A stretch of DNA of 64,000 nucleotides from an uncultured Methanosarcinales archaeon (GTDB taxonomy: Archaea; Nanobdellota; Nanobdellia; Woesearchaeales; UBA583): contig CAZULG010000001.1 in assembly GCA_964621065.1 (NCBI GenBank), forward strand, positions 11,082 to 75,081, given 5' to 3'. This document shows, piece after piece, positions 59,763-64,000 of this stretch (positions are counted from its first letter, which is position 1; each line of letters opens with the position of its first letter). The notes below the pieces were generated by a model. It saw nothing but the letters and a program-made list of their open reading frames with translations. It searched no databases and was not told the DNA's origin. The position numbers and the translations under genes are program-made.

Positions 59763-60317
59763 ATGTATAATATGAGTAAGCATAATGAATTGAAAACTCC
59801 TAAATTTGAAAAAAAATCATTTATTGAGAACATTTCAAATAATCTCTATATTACGTATCAAGATTTTTTACACATAGAGTCTGAACGTGATAATCAAATA
59901 TTAATATTTGATACAAATTTTTTATTCGTGCCATTTGAGTTTAGAGTTGAGATTATGAGTGAAATTAAACGAATACTTGGAACAAAAATAACGTTTGCAA
60001 TTGTAGAAGAAACACTCAAAGAATTAGAATCAATTGAACAAAAGAAAACAAAGAATAAAAAATTTCTGCCCCTCATTGCTACATTTTTGAAAACTTATAA
60101 TGTCTCAATTATTACAAACACTCAAAATAATAGTAATAAATCCTCTTCAATACCAGACACTTCTCTTCCTCTAACGCACTATGTAGATGATATTTTACTT
60201 CAACTTCCAACAAAGTGGATTATTGCAACAAATGATAAAGAATTAAAACAAACATTATGGAAGATTCCACGAAGAGTCATATTTATGAGGCAAAAATCTT
60301 ACTTAGATATAAAATAA
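59763..60317 (+). CDS. Fcf1/Utp24-like PIN-domain nuclease (rRNA processing)
   Basis: ILIFDTNFLFVPFEF at the N-terminus and C-terminal IATNDKELKQTLWKIPRRVIFM resemble archaeal Fcf1 homologues. Confidence 0.5.
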   Translation: MYNMSKHNELKTPKFEKKSFIENISNNLYITYQDFLHIESERDNQILIFDTNFLFVPFEFRVEIMSEIKRILGTKITFAIVEETLKELESIEQKKTKNKKFLPLIATFLKTYNVSIITNTQNNSNKSSSIPDTSLPLTHYVDDILLQLPTKWIIATNDKELKQTLWKIPRRVIFMRQKSYLDIK

Positions 60318-60323
60318 TTATAT

Positions 60324-61988
60324 CTATAACAACTGCTTTAATATATCAAATACTTTTTCTTGGTGAATTTGTCGAGGGACAATTATATAATCTGCTCCTA
60401 ACTCATACAAATCATTTGCAATTTCAACATCACTTGCTTGCAAAATAATATATGCTTTAGGATTTTCCTTTCGAATACTCTCAACTATAGTGTATGCAGT
60501 CTCATCATCATTTTTAAAACTTACAAATGCTTTAAAATCAGTAATATTGAATTGTTGTAATAATTCAGGATTTGTTAAATCTCCTCGAATAGTTGGGATT
60601 TGCTTTGATTGAAGTTGTTTTATCTTTCGGGGTTCTTCTTCAATAACTGCGTAGGAGTATTTTGAATTGTGAAGATAGAATAAATGATTTTGTTGATCTG
60701 AATCGAGTCCATGCAGAAGTACTTGAACTGAGTGTTGAGTTGTAGCATTTGGATTTTTAGTGTATGAGTTAAATCGCTTCAAAAAAGGTTTTAATCTTGT
60801 ATAATATGTGTCTGAGTGATAATATAAATATGAAGATACCATCATTGTGATGAGCATTACAAATGTGAGAATTGAAATCTCTGTATTGGTAATGAGCCCT
60901 TTATTGAGCGCTAAAAGACCAATAATTAATGAGAACTCAGAAATTTGTGATACTGCAAGCCCTGCATTGAATGAAACTTTGGGAGTATAGCGAAGCGTTG
61001 ATAATAACAAAAAAACAATAATTGGATTTCCAATAAGAATAAGTAATGTGAGAGGGATAATTAAAGGAAGTAGATCTACGATTTCAGTACCTATTTTTTC
61101 AAGAATTTGAGAAGTATCATCAGTTGTTGTGTCAAATGAAGAAGAAAACATTTGTGAACCTAATACGATGAAAAACATAATAAGGAAGAAATCTCGAAGT
61201 GGTTTTATTTTAGCTGAAATTTCATGATGCATATTTGTTGAAGCTAGAGCAATTCCTGCAATTAATGAACCAATCTCAAGTGAAAATCCTAAAAAATTAA
61301 ACAAAGCAGCAATTCCTAAACACCATGAAACAGAATAGATTAATAATAATTCTGAATTGTGACCTGATGAAAAGAAAAAATCAACTACATATTTTGCACC
61401 AAAAATGAGAGCAATTGATATAAATATTGTTAATATGATTGTTGTTAAAATTTGAAAAAGTGGAACTCCTGTTGAATATTGAACAAATGATTCAATTCCA
61501 ATAAGTGCAAATACTGCAACAAAGTCTTGAACAAGTAAAAAACCTAGTGATATCTTTCCAGCCAATGTGTCAAGTGCATTTTTATCACTTAAAATTTTAA
61601 CAATTACAATTGTTGATGAAAACGCAATTGCAACTGATAAAATAAGTGCAGCTGTGAAATTATACCCTAAGAGCATAATCATTATAATTGCAATTGTAAC
61701 TGTAAAGATAATTTGTCCAACACCTGTTATAACTGCGGGGGCTCCAACTTCTTTAATAAGGCGAGGGTTGAGATGAAGACCAACTATGAAGAGTAGAAAT
61801 GCAACTCCTATGTGTGAGAATAACTCATAATACCCACTTTGTGATAATACGTTAAAAAATATTGGACCAAGTAATACTCCTCCTAGAATATATGCGATAA
61901 GAGTTGGTTGCTTTAAGTATGTTATAATAAAGGATAAAATAAAAATAATTAGAAAAACAAGTGCAAATTCATTAAACATTGAAACCAT
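60324..61988 (-). CDS. Cation:proton antiporter (CPA2/Kef-type) with a C-terminal RCK/TrkA-N domain
   Basis: ~12 TM Na+/H+ exchanger-like N-terminal half; C-terminal Rossmann HSVQVLLHGLDSD... and ...ADYIIVP. Confidence 0.65.
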   Translation of the reverse strand: MVSMFNEFALVFLIIFILSFIITYLKQPTLIAYILGGVLLGPIFFNVLSQSGYYELFSHIGVAFLLFIVGLHLNPRLIKEVGAPAVITGVGQIIFTVTIAIIMIMLLGYNFTAALILSVAIAFSSTIVIVKILSDKNALDTLAGKISLGFLLVQDFVAVFALIGIESFVQYSTGVPLFQILTTIILTIFISIALIFGAKYVVDFFFSSGHNSELLLIYSVSWCLGIAALFNFLGFSLEIGSLIAGIALASTNMHHEISAKIKPLRDFFLIMFFIVLGSQMFSSSFDTTTDDTSQILEKIGTEIVDLLPLIIPLTLLILIGNPIIVFLLLSTLRYTPKVSFNAGLAVSQISEFSLIIGLLALNKGLITNTEISILTFVMLITMMVSSYLYYHSDTYYTRLKPFLKRFNSYTKNPNATTQHSVQVLLHGLDSDQQNHLFYLHNSKYSYAVIEEEPRKIKQLQSKQIPTIRGDLTNPELLQQFNITDFKAFVSFKNDDETAYTIVESIRKENPKAYIILQASDVEIANDLYELGADYIIVPRQIHQEKVFDILKQLL

Positions 61989-62254
61989 ATATTATTTAAA
62001 AATTTCAAATTTAATTTATAAATTTAAAGAATTACTCTAAAGAAAAAAATACATACGTTTTAGAGAAAAATACCAAAAAAATCAATAGACAAAACACGAG
62101 TAAATATCTCAATTGATACTCAATTAAACGATATTTTTGAACAAGAAAAATTTAAATAAATCTGCCCTTATAGAGTCTCTACTCTACAAATATTTAACTT
62201 TAGCACAGAATAAAACTCAAGTCTCAAGTCCCCAAACTCAACACCCTAAAGAAG

Positions 62255-62328
62255 TGATCCGCCCCAGACTCGAACTGGGGACCACACGATTATCAGTCGT
62301 GCATTCTAACCTACTGAACTAGCGGATC
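62255..62328 (-). tRNA. tRNA-Ile (anticodon GAU)
   Basis: Hand-folded cloverleaf: acceptor GATCCGC/GCGGATC, D stem GTTC/GAAT, anticodon stem CACGA/TCGTG with loop CTGATAA, T arm CCCAG-TTCGAGT-CTGGG, discriminator A; no encoded CCA. Confidence 0.8.
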
Positions 62329-62350
62329 AAGAATTGCTAGAATAACAAAG

Positions 62351-62423
62351 CGCCTCATGCAGGACTCGAACCTGCGACAACATGGTTAACAGCCATGTGC
62401 TCTACCTACTGAGCTAATGAGGC
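62351..62423 (-). tRNA. tRNA-Asn (anticodon GUU)
   Basis: Hand-folded cloverleaf: acceptor GCCTCAT/ATGAGGC, D stem GCTC/GAGC, anticodon stem CATGG/CCATG with loop CTGTTAA, T arm GCAGG-TTCGAGT-CCTGC, discriminator G. Confidence 0.8.
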
Positions 62424-62439
62424 ATACTATTGATAATTT

Positions 62440-62458
62440 ATGAGGCATTTATAAATAT
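62440..62458 (-). promoter_or_regulatory. Candidate TATA box for the tRNA-Asn/tRNA-Ile transcription unit
   Basis: Sense-strand TTTATAAAT is centred ~27 nt upstream of the tRNA-Asn 5' end. Confidence 0.3.
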
Positions 62459-62545
62459 TTTGTTATTAATCCAAATTAGATTATAGACCATATTCATTTA
62501 TTAATTGTAATTACAAAAAAGATTTATATACTCTCAATTTAAATA

Positions 62546-63610
62546 ATGACTATGTCAATTTATAAACACTCTCAAAAAAAAGGACTTCCTCCTGGGAGTT
62601 TAGTGTTTGTTGGATATCAAAAAGTCGAACACAGTAGTATTTCTCTAATTTCATATTCTAAACATACACACAAAATACAAAAAAATGTTAAAGTGACAGA
62701 TTTATCTCAATTGTCTAAAGATGAAGTTCACTGGATAAACATTAATGGAATTCACGACACACAACTTGTTAATTCAGTAGGAGAATTGTTTTCTATTCAC
62801 TCTTTAACACTTGAAGATATTCTCAATACCAATCAACGACCTAAAATTGAATTGTTTGAAAAATATTATTACACAACAATAAAAATGCTCTCATATAACA
62901 AAAAGAGTAAATCCATTCAAGTTGAACAAATCAGCTGTATTTTAATTGATAATTATGTATTACTCTTTCAAGAAACAAAAGAAGATATATTTGAACCAAT
63001 TCGAAAACGAATCGCAATTCCTGATTCACGAATTAGAAGTAGAGGAGCAGATTATCTTCTCTACATATTACTAGATATCATTGTTGATCAATATTTTGAA
63101 ATATTAGAACATTTAGGAAATGATTTAGAACAACATGAAGAAGAATTATTATTAGACAATAATAGAGATATTCTCAATAATATATATCAACTCAAAAGAG
63201 AAATTATTTTTTTAAGACGAAATATTTGGCCACTTCGAGAAGCGATTGCAAAGCTTGAGAAACAAGAAGAACATATATTTATTCAAGACTCAACTCTTCC
63301 ATATTTGAGAGATCTATATGACCATGTCATACAAGTAATTGACACAATAGAAAATAATCGAGAATTAAGCTCAGCTCTATTAGAATTATATGTTTCAAAT
63401 GTCAATACACGACTTAATGAAGTGATGAAAACACTCACAATATTTGCAGCAATTTTTATACCTTTAACATTTATTGTCGGAATTTATGGGATGAATTTTG
63501 AGAATATGCCTGAATTAACATGGAAATATGGATATTATGGTATTTTAGGGTTTATGGGTGTGCTTGTTGTTGTTTTATTATCTTTTTTCAAATATCGAAA
63601 ATGGATTTAA
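62546..63610 (+). CDS. corA: CorA magnesium/cobalt transporter
   Basis: C-terminal two TM helices with the YGMNFENMPEL (GMN) signature. Confidence 0.85.
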   Translation: MTMSIYKHSQKKGLPPGSLVFVGYQKVEHSSISLISYSKHTHKIQKNVKVTDLSQLSKDEVHWININGIHDTQLVNSVGELFSIHSLTLEDILNTNQRPKIELFEKYYYTTIKMLSYNKKSKSIQVEQISCILIDNYVLLFQETKEDIFEPIRKRIAIPDSRIRSRGADYLLYILLDIIVDQYFEILEHLGNDLEQHEEELLLDNNRDILNNIYQLKREIIFLRRNIWPLREAIAKLEKQEEHIFIQDSTLPYLRDLYDHVIQVIDTIENNRELSSALLELYVSNVNTRLNEVMKTLTIFAAIFIPLTFIVGIYGMNFENMPELTWKYGYYGILGFMGVLVVVLLSFFKYRKWI

Positions 63611-63696
63611 ATTATTTACATAACAATTATTATAAATTATAATAATAACAAATTAACTTCAAAAAATATTTAAACATTGAATTACTATAGAGATAT

Positions 63697-63897
63697 ATGA
63701 AAAATATTTCAAAAATAACCTTAGTAATAGTCATCCTATCATCACTCATGTTTGCTGGATGTGAAGGAGTTGAAGATGTTGTAGAACAATCTGAAGAAAA
63801 TAATATGTTTGAAATGAATAGTTCTCAAAACAATCAAGTGAATGAAGAACCGGCAATACCACCAACTGGTCAAGACGTTTCAATACCAACTGGTTAA
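63697..63897 (+). CDS. Small secreted/lipoprotein-like acidic protein
   Basis: Signal peptide with lipobox-like LMFAGC, then an acidic Gln/Asn-rich tail. Confidence 0.3.
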   Translation: MKNISKITLVIVILSSLMFAGCEGVEDVVEQSEENNMFEMNSSQNNQVNEEPAIPPTGQDVSIPTG

Positions 63898-64000
63898 ATC
63901 CGAATTATATAAAACAAAACAGTAAATTTTGAGTTAATTAGGTTATTTTAAATTTTTACTCCAAAAAAAGTAAATTACTGTTAAATAAGAGTTGCTGTAT

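Noticed and set aside
62137-62322. 61-aa ORF in the ORF track
   Set aside because: It overlaps tRNA-Ile on the opposite strand; spurious.

Overview
This is a very AT-rich archaeal chromosome segment. Housekeeping genes recognised: TATA-binding protein, Orc1/Cdc6, PolD large subunit DP2, aEF-1beta, ABCE1, A-type ATPase subunit K, CysRS, ThrRS, tRNA-Ile(GAU), tRNA-Asn(GUU), class I archaeal FBP aldolase and RpiB. I infer a small-genome DPANN-like archaeon from the AT-richness, the 5'-truncated DP2, the partial ATPase gene set, several pseudogenes and a giant surface protein. Genes are mostly short and densely packed, largely on the minus strand.
Accessory content is substantial:
(1) A complete type I restriction-modification operon, 12621..22944 on the minus strand, reads hsdM, a COG2865-like AlbA_2/Schlafen-type ATPase regulator, hsdS, then hsdR. 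Between hsdS and hsdR sit three uncharacterised co-translated genes: a 2-TM protein, an XRE-HTH/ImmA-IrrE HExxH metallopeptidase fusion and a DUF4411-like PIN-like protein. This looks like an undescribed abortive-infection or toxin-antitoxin-like module riding inside the RM operon.
(2) Three RelE/ParE-type toxin-antitoxin pairs and a small WYL-like protein.
(3) A 2174-aa signal-peptide, Asn/Ser/Thr-rich surface protein with a C-terminal TM anchor and a cytoplasmic tail.
(4) A repeat family of GAA/UUC-triloop hairpins plus a conserved ~100-nt element directly after the stop codons of ABCE1 and DP2, including a tandemly duplicated copy of the ABCE1 3' coding end.
(5) A 680-bp non-coding region with 19-bp iterons.
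(6) Two genes disrupted by in-frame stop or homopolymer frameshifts: a metallophosphoesterase and a C39-like peptidase.
(7) A DP2 gene lacking the first ~375-400 codons (split gene?), adjacent to an A-ATPase K-E-C gene remnant with no other subunits nearby.
No CRISPR array, transposase or integrase was recognised. Protein family calls are made from motifs read by eye, not from database searches.
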